From Eledone cirrhosa (Eukaryota): a stretch of DNA of 64,000 nt. Shown here piece after piece: positions 1 through 13,107 of the stretch; position 1 is the stretch's first letter; every line of letters starts with the position of its first letter. A model generated the notes under the pieces. That model made no database searches and was not told the origin of the DNA. It saw only the letters and a program-made list of their open reading frames with translations. The stretch lies in assembly GCA_964016885.1 (NCBI GenBank), contig OZ024743.1, positions 141,608,001 through 141,672,000 of the forward strand, in the 5' to 3' direction. The position numbers and the translations under genes are program-made.

Positions 1-3000
1 GCTTGGTGTTTGGTGCTTGGTGCTTGGTGCTGGGTGTTTGGTGCTTGGTGCTTGGTGTTTGGTGCTTGGTGCTTGGTGCTTGGTGTTTGGTCCTTGGTGC
101 TTGGTGCTTGGTCTTTGGTGCTTGTGTTTTGGTGTTTGGTGCTTGGTGCTTGGTGTTTGGTGCTTGGTTCTTGGTGCTTGGTGCTTGGTGTTTGTTGATT
201 GCTGCTTGGTGCTTGGTGTTTGGTGCTTGGAGCTTGGTGACTAGTGTTTGGTGATTGGTGCTTGGGGTTTGCTGTTTGGTGCTTGGTGTTTGGTGCTTGG
301 TGCTTGCTGTTTGGTGTTTGGTGTTTGGTTCTTGGTGCTTGGTGTTTGGTGTTTGGTGTTTGGTGCTTGGTGCTTGGTGTTTGGTGCTTGGTGCTTGGTG
401 CTTGGTGTTTGGTGCTGCGTGCTTGGTGTTTGGTGTTTGGTGCTTGGTGCCTGGTGCTTGTTGTTTGGTGCTTAGTGCTTGGTGTTTGGTGTTTGGTGCT
501 TGGTGCTTGGTGGCTGGTGCTTGGTGCTTGGTGTTTGGAGTTTGGTGCTTGGTGCTTGGTGCCTGGTGTTTCGTGCTTGGTGCTTGGTGTTTGGTGTTTG
601 GTGCTTGGTGTTTGGTGTTTGGTACTTGGTGCTTGGTGCTTGGTGCTTGGTGTTTGGTGCTTGGTGTTTGATGCTGCGTGCTTGGTGTTTGGTGTTTGGT
701 GCTTGGTGCTTGGTGTTTGGTGTTTGGAGCTTGGTGCCTGCTGCTTGTTGTTTGGTGTTTGGTGCTTGGTGCTTGGTGCTTGGTATCTGGTGTTTGGTGC
801 TTGATGTCTGGTGTTTGGTGCTTGGTGCTTGGTGCTTGGTGTTTGGTGTTTGGTGCTTGGTGCTTGGTGTTTGGTGCTTGGTGTTTGGTGTTTTGTGTTT
901 GGTGCTTGGTGCTTGGTGCCTGGTGCTTGTTGCTTGGTGCTTGTTGATTGGTGCTTGGTGCTTGGTGATTAGTGTTTGGTGCTTGGTGCGTGCGGTTTGA
1001 TGTTTGGTGCTTGGGGTTTGGTGTTTGGTGCTTGGTGCTTGGTGTTTGGTGCTTGGTGCTTGGTGCTTGGTGCTTGGTGTTTGGTGCTTGGTGTTTGGTG
1101 CTTGGTGCTTGGTGCTTGGTGCTTGGTGTTAGGTGTTTGGTGCTTGGTGCTTGGTGTTTGATGTTTGGTCCTTGGTGCTTGGTGTTTGGTGTTTGTTGTT
1201 TGGTGCTTGGTGTTTGGTGTTTGGTGCTTGCTGCTTGCTGCTTGGTGTTTGGTGCTTGGTGATTGGTGCTTGGTGTTTTGTGCTTGCTGTTTGGTGTTTG
1301 GTGCTTGGTGCGTGGGACTTAGTGTTTGGTATTTGGTGCTTGGTGTTTGGTGCTTGGTGTTTGGTGCTTGGTGTTTGGGGCTTGGTGTTCGGTGCTTGGT
1401 GCTTGGTGCTTGGGGCTTGGTGTTTGGTGTTTGGTGTTTGGTGCTTGGTGTATGGTGCTTGGTGCTTGGTGCTGGGTGGTTGGTGTTTGGTGCTTGGTGC
1501 TTGGTGTTTGGTGCTTGGTGCTTGGTGCTTGTTGTTTGGTGCTTGGTGCTTGGTGCTTGGTCTTTGGTGCATGGTGTTTGGTGTTTGGCGCTTGGTGCTT
1601 GGTGCTTCGTGATTGGTGCTTGGGGTTTGGTGGTTGGTGCTTGGTGCTTGGTGTTTGGTGTTTGGTGTTTGGTGTTTGGTGTTTGCTGTTTCGTATTTGG
1701 TTTTTGCTGTTTGGTGTTTGGTGTTTGCTGTTTGGTGTTTGGTGTTTGGTGTTTGGTGCTTGGTGCTTGGGGCTTGGTGTTTGGCGTTTGGTGCTTGGTG
1801 CTTGGTGTTTGGTGCTTCGTGCTTGGTGTTTGGTGTTTGGTGCTTGGTGCCTGGTGCTTGTTGTATGGTGTTTGGTGCTTGGTGCTTGGTGTTTGGTGTT
1901 TGCTGCTTGGTGTCTGGTGTTTGGTGCTTGGTGTTTGGTGTTTGGTGCTTGGTGCTTGGTGTTTGGTGTTTGGTGCTTGGTGCTTGGTGTTTGGTGTTTG
2001 GTGCTGGGTGCATGGAGTTTGGTGCTTGGTGCTTAGTGCTTGGTGTTTGGTGTTTGGTGCTTGGTATTTGGTGTTTGGTGTTTGATGCTTGGTGTGTGGT
2101 GCTTGGTGCTTGGTGTTTTGTGTTTGGTGCTTGGTGCTTGGTGACTGGTGCTTGGTGCTTGGTGCTTGTTGTTTGGTGCTTGGTGCTTGGTGATTAGTGT
2201 TTGGTGCTTGGTGCTTGGTGTTTGGTGCTTGGTGTTTGGTGCTTGGTGCCTGGTGCTTGGTGTTTGGTGTTTGATGCTTGGTGTTTGGTGTTTGGTGTTT
2301 GGTACTTGGTGTTCGGTGCTTGGTGCTTGGTGCTTGGTGCTTGGTGTTTGGTGTTTGGTGCTTGGTGCTTGGTGTTTGATGTTTGGTCCTTGGTGCTTGG
2401 TGTTTGGTGTTGTGTGCTTGGCGCTTGGTGGTTGGTGTTTGGTGCTTGGTGCTTGGTGCGTGGTGTTTGGCGTTTCCTGTTTGCTGTTTGGTGTTAGGTG
2501 TTTGCTGTTTGGTGTTTGGTGTTTGGTGTTTGGTGTTTGGTGCTTGCTGTTTGGTGCTTGGTGCTTGGTGTATGGTGTTTGATGCTTGGTGTTTGGTGCT
2601 TGGTGCTTGGTGCTGGGTGTTTGGTGCTTGGTGCTTGGTGCTTGGTGCTTGGTGATTGGTGCTTGGTGTTTGGTCCTTGGTGCTTGGTGCATGGTCTTTG
2701 GTGCTTGGGTTTTGATGTTTGGTGCTTGGTGCTTGGTGTTTGGTGCTTGGTGCTTGGTGCTTGGTGTTTGGTGTTTGGTGCTTGCTGCTTGGTGCTTGGT
2801 GTTTGGTGCTTGGTGCTTGGTGAGTAGTGTTTGGTGATTGGTGCTTGGGGTTTTGTGTTTGGGGCTTGGTGTTTGGTGCTTAGTGCTTGCTGTTTGGTGT
2901 TTGGTGTTTGGTTCTTGGTGCTTGGTGTTTGGTGTTTGGTGTTTGGTGCTTGGTGCTTGGTGCTTGGTGTTTGGTGCTTGGTGCTTGGTGCTTGGTGTTT

Positions 3001-6000
3001 GGTGCTGCGTGCTTGGTGTTTGGTGTTTGGTGCTTGGTGCCTGGTGCTTGTTGTTTGATACTTGGTGCTTGGTGCTTGGTGCTTGGTGCTTGGTGTTTGG
3101 TGCTTGGTGTTTGATGCTGCCTGCTTGGTGTTTGGTGTTTGGTGCTTGGTGCTTGGTGGCTGGTGTTTGGTGCTTGGTGTTTGGAGTTTGGTGCTTGGTG
3201 CTTGGTGCCTGGTGTTTCGTGCTTGGTGCTTGGTGCTTGGTGTTTGGTGTTTGGTGCTTGGTGTTTGGTGTTTGGTACTTGGTGCTTGGTGCTTGGTGCT
3301 TGGTGTTTGGTGCTTGGTGTTTGATGCTGCCTGCTTGGTGTTTGGTGTTTGGCGCTTGGTGCTTGGTGTTTGGTGTTTGGTGCTTGGTGCTTGGTGCTTG
3401 GTATCTGGTGTTTGGTGCTTGATGTTTGGTGTTTGGTGCTTGGTGTTTTGTGTTTGGTGATTGGTGCTTGGTGCCTGGTGCTTGGTGCTTGGTGCTTGTT
3501 GTTTGGTGCTTGGTGCTTGGTGATTAGTGTTTGGTGCTTGGTGCTTGCGGTTTGGTGTTTGGTGCTTGGGGTTTGGTGCTTGGTGCTTGGTGCTTGGTGT
3601 TTGGTGCTTGGTGCTTGGTGTTTGGTGCTTGGTGCTTGGTGTTTGGTGTTTGGCGTTTGCTGTTTGCTGTTTGCTGTTTGGTGCTTGCTGTTTGGTGCTT
3701 GGTGCTTGGTGTTTGGTGTTTGGTGTTTTGTGCTTGGTGCTTGGTGTTTGGTGCTTGGTGCTTGGTGCTGTGTGTTTGGTGCTTGGTGCTTGGTGTTTGG
3801 TGCTTGGTGCTTGGTGCTTGGTGTTTGCTCCTTGGTGCTTGGTGCTTGGTCTTTGGTGCTTGGGTTTTGGTGTTTGGTGCATGGTGCTTGGTGTTTGGTG
3901 CTTGGTTCTTGGTGCTTGGTGCTTGGTGTTTGGTGATTGCTGCTTGGTGCTTGGTGTTTGGTGCTTGGTGCTTGGTGATTAGTGTTTGGTGATTGGTGCT
4001 TGGGGTTTGCTGTTTGGTGCTTGGTGTTTGGTGCTTGGTGCTTGCTGTTTGGTGTTTGGTGTTTGGTTCTTGGTGCTTGGTGTTTGGTGTTTGGTGTCTG
4101 GTGCTTGGTGCTTGGTGCTTGGTGTTTGGTGCTTGGTGCTTGGTGCTTGGTGTTTGGTGCTGCGTGCTTGGTGTTTGGTGCTTGGTGCTTGGTGATTAGT
4201 GTTTGGTGCTTTGTGTTTGGTGCTTGGTGTTTGGTGCTTGGTGCTTGGTGCTTAGTGCTTGGTGTTAGGTGTTTGGTGCTTGGTGATTGGTGTTTGATGT
4301 TAGGTTCTTGGTGCTTGGTGTTTGGTGTTTGGTGCTTGGTGCTTGGTGTTTGGTGTTTGGTGCTTGGTGCTTGGTGCTTGGTGCTTGGTGTTAGGTGTTT
4401 GGTGCTTGGTGCTTGGTGTTTGGTGCTTGGTGCTTTGTGTTTGGTGCTTGGTGTTTGGTGCTTGGTGCTTGGTGCTTGGTGCTTGGTGTTAGGTGTTTGG
4501 TGTTTGGTGATTGGTGTTTGATGTTAGGTTCTTGGTGCTTGGTGTTTGGTGTTTGGTGCTTGGTGCTTGGTGTTTGGTGTTTGGTGCTTGGTGCTTGGTG
4601 CTTGGTGCTTGGTGTTTGGTGTTTGGTGTTTGATGCTTGGTGTTTGCTGCTTGGTGCTTGGTGCTTGGTGTTTTGTGTTTGGTGTTTGATGCTGCGTGCT
4701 TGGTGTTTGGTGTTTGGTGCTTGGTGCTTGGTGTTTGGTGTTTGGAGCTTGGTGCCTGGTGCTTGTTGTTTGGTGTTTGGCGCTTGGTGCTTGGTGTTTG
4801 GTGTTTGGTGCTTGGTGCTTGGTGCTTGGTATCTGGTGTTAGGTGCTTGATGTTTGGTGTTTGGTGCTTAGTGTTTGGTGTTTGGTGCATGGTGCTTGGT
4901 GTTTGGTGCTTGGTGTTTGGTGTTTGGTGTTTGATGCTTGGTGTTTGCTGCTGGCTGCTTGCTGCTTGGTGTTTGGTGCTAGGGGCTTGGTGCTTGGTGC
5001 TTGGTGTTTGGTGCTTGGTGCTTGGTGCCTGGTGCTTGGTGCTTGGTGCTTGTTGTTTGGTGCTTGGTGCTTGGTGATTAGTGTTTGGTGCTTGGTGCTT
5101 GAGGTTTGGTGTTTGGTGCTTGGGGTTTGGTGTTTGGTGCTTGGTGCTTGGTGTTTGGTGCTTGGTGCTTGGTGCTTGGTGTTTGGTGCTTGGTGCTTGG
5201 TGTTTGGTGCTTGGTGCTTGGTGTTTGGTGTTTGGCGTTTGCTGTTTGCTGTTTTGTGCTTGGTGCTTGGGGTTTGGTGTTTGGTGCTTGGTGCTTGGTG
5301 TTTGGTGCTTGGTGCTTGGTGCTGGGTGTTTGGTGCTTGGTGCTTGGTGTTTGGTGCTTGGTGCTTGGTGCTTGGTGTTTGGTCCTTGGTGCTTGGTGCT
5401 TGGTCTTTGGTGCTTGGGGTTTGGTGTTTGGTGCTTGGTGCTTGGTGTTTGGTGCTTGGTTCTTGGTGCTTGGTGCTTGGTGTTTGGTGATTGCTGCTTG
5501 GTGCTTGGTGTTTGGTGCTTGGTGCTTGGTGACTAGTGTTTGGTTATTGGTGCTTGGGGTTTGCTGTTTGGTGCTTGGTGTTTGGTGCTTGGTGCTTGCT
5601 GTTTGGTGTTTGTTGTTTGGTTCTTGGTGCTTGGTGTTTGGTGTTTGGTGTTTGGTGCTTGGTGCTTGGTGTTTGGTGCTTGGTGCTTGGTGCTTGGTGT
5701 TTGGTGCTGCGTGCTTGGTGTTTGGTGTTTGGTGCTTGGTGCCTGGTGCTTGTTGTTTGGTGCTTAGTGCTTGGTGTTTGGTGTTTGGTGCTTGGTGCTT
5801 GGTGGCTGGTGCTTGGTGCTTGGTGTTTGGAGTTTGGTGCTTGGTGCTTGGTGCCTGGTGTTTCCTGCTTGGTGCTTGGTGCTTGGTGTTTGGTGTTTGG
5901 TGCTTCGTGTTTGGTGTTTGGTACTTGGTGCTTGGTGCTTGGTGCTTGGTGTTTGGTGCTTGGTGTTTGATGCTGCGTGCTTGGTGTTTGGTGTTTGGTG

Positions 6001-9000
6001 CTTGGTGCTTGGTGTTTGGTGTTTGGAGCTTGGTGCCTGCTTTTTGTTGTTTGGTGTTTGGTGCTTGGTGCTTGGTGCTTGGTATCTGGTGTTTGGTGCT
6101 TGATGTCTGGTGTTTGGTGCTTGGTGCTTGGTGCTTGGTGTTTGGTGTTTGGTGCTTGGTGCTTGGTGTTTGGTGCTTGGTGTTTGGTGTTTGGTGTTTG
6201 ATGCTTGGTGTTTGCTGCTTGGTGCTTGGTGCTTGGTGTTTTGTGTTTGGTGCTTGGTGCTTGGTGCCTGGTGCTTGGTGCTTGGTGCTTGTTGTTTGGT
6301 GCTTGGTGCTTGGTGATTAGTGTTTGGTGCTTGGTGCTTGCGGTTTGATGTTTGGTGCTTGGGGTTTGGTGTTTGGTGCTTGGTGCTTGGTGTTTGGTGC
6401 TTGGTGCTTGGTGCTTGGTGCTTGGTGCTTGGTGTTTGGTGCTTGGTGCTTGGTGTTTGGTGCTAGGTGTTTGGTCCTTGGTGCTTGGTGCTTGGTGTTA
6501 GGTGTTTGGTGCTTGGTGCTTGGTGTTTGATGTTTGGTCCTTGGTGCTTGGTGTTTGGTGTTTGTTGCTTGGTGCGTGGTGTTTGGTGTTTGGTGCTTGC
6601 TGCTTGCTGCTTGGTGTTTGGTGCTTGGTGATTGGTGCTTGGTGTTTTGTGCTTGGTGCTTGGTGTTTGGTGTTTGGTGCTAGGGGCTTGGTGCTTGGTG
6701 CTTGGTGTTTGGTGCTTGGTGCTTGCTGTTTGGTGTTTGGTGCTTGGTGCGTGGGACTTAGTGTTTGGTGTTTGGTGCTTGGTGTTTGGTGCTTGGTGTT
6801 TGGTGCTTGGTGTTTGGGGCTTGGTGTTCGGTGCTTGGTGCTTGGTGCTTGGGGCTTGGTGTTTGGTGTTTGGTGCTTGGTGCTTGGTGTTTGATGTTGG
6901 GTCCTTGGTGCTTGGTGTTTGGTGTTTGGTGCTTTGTGTTTGGTGTTTGGTGCTTGGTGCTTGGTGTTTGGTGTTTGGTGCTTGGTGCTTGGGGCTTGGT
7001 GTTTGGTGCTTGGTGCTTGGTGTTTGGTGCTTCTGCTTGGGGCTTGGTAGTTGGTGCTTGGTGCTTGGTGCCTGGTGTTTGGTGTTTGGTGTTTGGTGCT
7101 TGGTGTATGGTGCTTGGTGCTTGGTGCTGGGTGGTTGGTGTTTGGTGCTTGGTGCTTGGTGTTTGGTGCTTGGTGCTTGGTGCTTGTTGTTTGGTGCTTG
7201 GTGCTTGGTGCTTGGTCTTTGGTGCATGGTGTTTGGTGTTTGGCGCTTGGTGCTTGGTGCTTTGTGATTGGTGCTTGGGGTTTGGTGGTTGGTGCTTGGT
7301 GCTTGGTGTTTGGTGTTTGGTGTTTGGTGTTCGGTGTTTGCTGTTTGGTGTCTGCTTTTTGGTGTTTGGTGTTTGCTGTATGGTGTTTGCTGTTTCGTAT
7401 TTGGTTTTTGCTGATTGGTGTTTGGTGTTTGCTGTTTGGTGTTTGGTGTTTGGTGTTTGGTGCTTGGTGCTTGGTGCTTGGTGTTTGGCGTTTGGTGCTT
7501 GGTGCTTGGTGTTTGGTGCTTCGTGCTTGGTGTTTGGTGTTTGGTGCTTGGTGCCTGGTGCTTGTTGTATGGTGTTTGGTGCTTGGTGCTTGGTGTTTGG
7601 TGTTTGCTGCTTGGTGTCTGGTGTTTGGTGCTTGGTGTTTGGTGTTTGGTGCTTGGTGCTTGGTGCTTGGTGTTTGGTGTTTGTTGCTTGGTGCTTGGTG
7701 TTTGGTGTTTGGTGCTGGGTGCATGGAGTTTGGTGCTTGGTGCTTAGTGCTTGGTGTGTGGTGCTTGGTGCTTGGTGACTGGTGCTTGGTGCTTGGTGCT
7801 TGTTGTTTGGTGCTTGGTGCTTGGTGATTAGTGTTTGGTGCTTGGTGCTTGGTGTTTGGTGCTTGGTGTTTGGTGCTTGGTGCCTGGTGCTTGGTGTTTG
7901 GTGTTTGATGCTTGGTGTTTGGTGTTTGGTGTTTGGTACTTGGTGTTCGGTTCTTGGTGCTTGGTGCTTGGTGCTTGGTGTTTGGTGTTTGGTGCTTGGT
8001 GCTTGGTGTTTGATGTTTGGTCATTGGTGCTTGGTGTTTGGTGTTGTGTGCTTGGTGCTTGGTGGTTGGTGTTTGGTGCTTGGTGCTTGGTGCTTGGTGT
8101 TTGGCGTTTCCTGTTTGCTGTTTGGTGTTTGGTGTTTGCTGTTTGGTGTTTGCTGTTTGGTGTTTGGTGTTTGGTGCTTGCTGTTTGGTGCTTGGTGCTT
8201 GGTGTATGGTGTTTGGTGCTTGGTGTTTGGTGCTTGATGCTTGGTGCTGGGTGTTTGGTGCTTGGTGCTTGGTGTTTGGTGCTTGGTGATTGGTGCTTGG
8301 TGTTTGGTCCTTGGTGCTTGGTGCATGGTCTTTGGTGCTTGGGTTTTGGTGTTTGGTGCTTGGTGCTTGGTGTTTGGTGCTTGGTGCTTGGTGCTTGGTG
8401 CTTGGTGTTTGGTGCTTGCTGCTTGGTGCTTGGTGTTTGGTGCTTGGTGCTTGGTGAGTAGTGTTTGGTGATTGGTGCTTGGGGTTTGGTGTTTGGGGCT
8501 TGGTGTTTGGTGCTTAGTGCTTGCTGTTTGGTGTTTGGTGTTTGGTTCTTGGTGCTTGGTGTTTGGTGTTTGGTGTTTGGTGCTTGGTGCTTGGTGCTTG
8601 GTGTTTGGTGCTTGGTGCTTGGTGCTTGGTGTTTGGTGCTGCGTGCTTGGTGTTTGGTGTTCGGTGCTTGGTGCCTGGTGCTTGTTGTTTGGTGTTTGGT
8701 GCTTAGTGCTTGGTGTTTGGTGTTTGGTGCTTGGTGCTTGGTGGCTGGTGTTTGGTGCTTGGTGTTTGGAGTTTGGTGCTAGGTGCTTGGTGCCTGGTGT
8801 TTCGTGCTTGGTGCTTGGTGCTTGGTGTTTGGTGTTTGGTGCTTGGTGTTTGGTGTTTGGTACTTGGTGCTTGGTGCTTGGTGCTTGGTGTTTGGTGCTT
8901 GGTATTTGATGCTGCCTGCTTGGTGTTTGGTGTTTGGTGCTTGGTGCTTGGTGTTTGGCGTTTGGAGCTCGGTGCCTGGTGCTTGTTGTTTGGTGTTTGG

Positions 9001-10200
9001 CGCTTGGTGCTTGGTATCTGGTGTTTGGTGCTTGATGTTTGGTGTTTGGTGCTTGGTGTTTTGTGTTTGGTGATTGGTGCATGGTGCCTGGTGCTTGGTG
9101 CTTGGTGCTTGTTGTTTGGTGCTTGGTGCTTGGTGATTAGTGTTTGGTGCTTGGTGCTTGCGGTTTGCTGTTTGGTGCTTGGGGTTTGGTGCTTGGTGCT
9201 TGGTGCTTGGTGTTTGGTGCTTGGTGCTTGGTGTTTGGTGCTTGGTGCTTGGTGTTTGGTGTTTGGTGTTTGCTGTTTGCTGTTTGCTGTTTGGTGCTTG
9301 CTGTTTGGTGCTTGGTGCTTGGTGTTTGGTGTTTGGTGTTTTGTGCTTGGTGCTTGGTGTTTGGTGCTTGGTGCTTCGTGCTGGGTGTTTGGTGCTTGGT
9401 GCTTGGTGTTTGGTGCTTGGTGCTTGGTGCTTGGTGTTTGGTCCTTGGTGCTTGGTGCTTGGTCTTTGGTGCTTGGGTTTTGGTGTTTGGTGCTTGGTGC
9501 TTGGTGTTTGGTGCTTGGTTCTTGGTGCTTGGTGCTTGGTGTTTGGTGATTGCTGCTTGGTGCTTGGTGTTTGGTGCTTGGTGCTTGGTGATTAGTGTTT
9601 GGTGATTGGTGCTTGGGGTTTGCTGTTTGGTGCTTGGTGCTTGCTGTTTGGTGTTTGGTGTTTGGTTCTTGGTGCTTGGTGTTTGGTGTTTGGTGTCTGG
9701 TGCTTGGTGCTTGGTGCTTGGTGTTTGGTGCTTGGTGCTTGGTGCTTGGTGTTTGGTGCTGCGTGCTTGGTGTTTGGTGCTTGGTGCTTGGTGATTAGTG
9801 TTTGGTGCTTTGTGTTTGGTGCTTGGTGTTTGGTGCTTGGTGCTTGGTGCTTGGTGCTTGGTGTTAGGTGTTTGGTGCTTGGTGATTGGTGTTTGATGTT
9901 AGGTTCTTGGTGCTTGGTGTTTGGTGTTTGGTGCTTGGTGCTTGGTGTTTGGTGTTTGGTGCTTGGTGCTTGGTGCTTGGTGCTTGGTGTTAGGTGTTTG
10001 GTGCTTTGTGCTTGGTGTTTGGTGCTTGGTGCTTTGTGTTTGGTGCTTGGTGTTTGGTGCTTGGTGCTTGGTGCTTGGTGCTTGGTGTTAGGTGTTTGGT
10101 GCTTGGTGATTGCTGTTTGATGTTAGGTTCTTGGTGCTTGGTGTTTGGTGTTTGGTGCTTGGTGCTTGGTGTTTGGTGTTTGGTGCTTGGTGCTTGGTGC
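1..10200. repeat. Diverged two-copy HOR, period ~5.3-5.6 kb
   Basis: Similar variant-defined ORFs recur at 244/5536 (offset 5292), 2148/7782 and 2831/8465 (5634), 3527/9140 and 3982/9595 (5613), 4395/9994 (5599). Boundaries approximate. Confidence 0.75.
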
Positions 10201-13107
10201 TTGGTGCTTGGTGTTAGGTGTTTGGTGCTTGGTGATGGGTGCTTGGTGTTTGGTCCTTGGTGCTTGGTGCATGGTCTTTGGTGCTTGGGTTTTGGTGTTT
10301 GGTGCTTGGTGCTTGGTGTTTGGTGCTTGGTGCTTGGTGCTTGGTGCTTGGTGTTTGGTGCTTGCTGCTTGGTGCTTGGTGTTTGGTGCTTGGTGCTTGG
10401 TGATTAGTGTTTGGTGATTGGTGCTTGGGGTTTGGTGTTTGGGGCTTGGTGTTTGGTGGTTAGTGCTTGCTATTTGGTGTTTGGTGTTTGGTTCTTGGTG
10501 CTTGGTGGCTGGTGTTTGGTGCTTGGTGCTTGTTGTTTGGTGTTTGGTGTTTGGTGCTTGGTGCTTGGTGGCTGGTGTTTGGTGCTTGGTGTTTGGAGTT
10601 TGGTGCTTGGTGCTTGGTGCCTGGTGTTTCGTGCTTGGTGCTTGGTGCTTGGTGTTTGGTGATTGGTGCTTGGTGTTTGGTGTTTGGTGCTTGGTGCTTG
10701 GTGCTTGGTGCTTGGTGCTTGGTGTTTGATGCTGCGTGCTCGGTGTTTGGTGTTTGGTGCTTGGTGCTTGGTGTTTGGTCTTTGGAGCTCGGTGCCTGGT
10801 GCTTGTTGTTTGGTGTTTGGCGCTTGGTGCTTGGTGTTTGGTGTTTGGTGCTTAGTGCTTGGTGTTTGGTGCTTGGTGCTTGGTGCTTGGTGTTTTGTGT
10901 TTGGTGATTGGTGCTTGGTGCCTGGTGCTTGGTGCTTGGTGCTTGTTGTTTGGTGCTTGGTGCTTGGTGATTAGTGTTTGGTGCTTGGTGCTTGCGGTTT
11001 GGTGTTTGGTGCTTGGGGTTTGGTGCTTGGTGCTTGGTGCTTGGTGTTTGGTGCTTGGTGCTTGGTGTTTGGTGCTTGGTGCTTGGTGTTTGGTGTTTGG
11101 CGTTTGCTGTTTGCTGTTTGGTGTTTGGTGCTTGCTGTTTGGTGCTTGGTGCTTGGTGTTTGGTGTTTGGTGTTTTGTGCTTGGTGCTTGGTGTTTGGTG
11201 CTTGGTGCTTGGTGCTGGGTGTTTGGTGCTTGGTGCTTGGTGTTTGGTGCTTGGTGCTTGGTGCTTAGTGTTTGGTCCTTGGTGCTTGGTGCTTGGTCTT
11301 TGGTGCTTGGGTTTTGGTGTTTGGTGCTTGGTGCTTGGTGTTTGGTGCTTGGTTCTTGGTGCTTGGTGCTTGGTGTTTGGTGATTGCTGCTTGGTGCTTG
11401 GTGTTTGGTGCTTGGTGCTTGGTGATTAGTGTTTGGTGATTGGTGCTTGGGATTTGCTGTTTGGTGCTTGGTGTTTGGTGCTTGGTGCTTGATGTTTGGT
11501 GTTTGGTGTTTGGTTCTTGGTGCTTGGTGTTTGGTGTTTGGTGTCTGGTGCTTGGTGCTTGGTGCCTGGTGTTTGGTGCTTGGTGCTTGGTGCTTGGTGT
11601 TTGGTGCTGTGTGCTTGGTGTTTGGTGCTTGGTGCTTGGTGATTATTGTTTGGTGCTTTGTGTTTGGTGCTTGGTGTTTGGTGCTTTGTGCTTGGTGCTT
11701 GGTGCTTGGTGTTAGGTGTTTGGTGCTTGGTGATTGGTGTTTGATGTTAGGTTCTTGGTGCTTGGTGTTTGGTGTTTGGTGCTTGGTGCTTGGTGTTTGG
11801 TGTTTGGTGCTTGGTGCTTGGTGCTTGGTGCTTGGTGCTTGGTGCTTGGTGTTTGGTGCTTGGTTCTTGGTGCTTGGTGCTTGGTGTTTGGTGATTGCTG
11901 CTTGGTGCTTGGTGTTTGGTGCTTGGTGCTTGGTGATTAGTGTTTGGTGATTGGTGCTTGGGATTTGCTGTTTGGTGCTTGGTGTTTGGTGCTTGGTGCT
12001 TGATGTTTGGTGTTTGGTGTTTGATGCTTGGTGCTTGGTGTTTGGTGTTTGGTGTCTGGTGCTTGGTGCTTGGTGCTTGGTGTTTGGTGCTTGGTGCTTG
12101 GTGTTTTGGTGCTGCGTGCTTGGTGTTTGGTGCCTGGTGCTTGGTGATTAGTGTTTGGTGCTTTGTGTTTGGTGCTTGGTGTTTGGTGCTTGGTGCTTGG
12201 TGCTTGGTGCTTGGTGTTAGGTGTTTGGTGCTTGGTGATTGGTGTTTGATGTTAGGTTCTTGGTGCTTGGTGTTTGGTGTTTGGTGCTTGGTGCTTGGTG
12301 TTTGGTGTTTGGTGCTCGGTGCTTGGTGCTTGGTGCTTTGTGTTAGGTGTTTGGTGCTTGGTGCTTGGTGTTTGGTGCTTGGTGCTTTGTGTTTGGTGCT
12401 TGGTGTTTGGTGCTTGGTGCTTGGTGCTTGGTGCTTGGTGTTAGGTGTTTGGTGCTTGGTGATTGGTGTTTGATGTTAGGTTCTTGGTGCTTGGTGTTTG
12501 GTGTTTGGTGCTTGGTGCTTGGTGTTTGGTGCTTGGTGCTTGGTGCTTGGTGCTTGGTGCTTGGTGTTAGGTGTTTGGTGCTTGGTGATGGGTGCTTGGT
12601 GTTTGGTCCTTGGTGCTTGGTGCATGGTCTTTGGTGCTTGGGTTTTGGTGTTTGGTGCTTGGTGCTTGGTGTTTGGTGCTTGGTGCTTGGTGCTTGGTGC
12701 TTGGTGTTTGGTGATTGCTGCTTGGTGCTTGGTGTTTGGTGCTTGGTGCTTGGTGATTAGTGTTTGGTGATTGGTGCTTGGGGTTTGGTGTTTGGGGCTT
12801 GGTGTTTGGTGCTTAGTGCTTGCTGTTTGGTGTTTGGTGTTTGGTTCTTGGTGCTTGGTGTTTGGTGCTTGGTGTTTGGTGCTTGGTGCTTGGTGCTTGG
12901 TGTTTGGTGCTGCGTGCTTGGTGTTTGGTGTTTGGTGCTTGGTGCCTGGTGCTTGTTGTTTGGTGTTTGGTGCTTAGTGCTTGGTGTTTGGTGTTTGGTG
13001 CTTGGTGCTTGGTGGCTGGTGTTTGGTGCTTGGTGTTTGGAGTTTGGTGCTTGGTGCTTGGTGCCTGGTGTTTCGTGCTTGGTGCTTGGTGCTTGGTGTT
13101 TGGTGAT

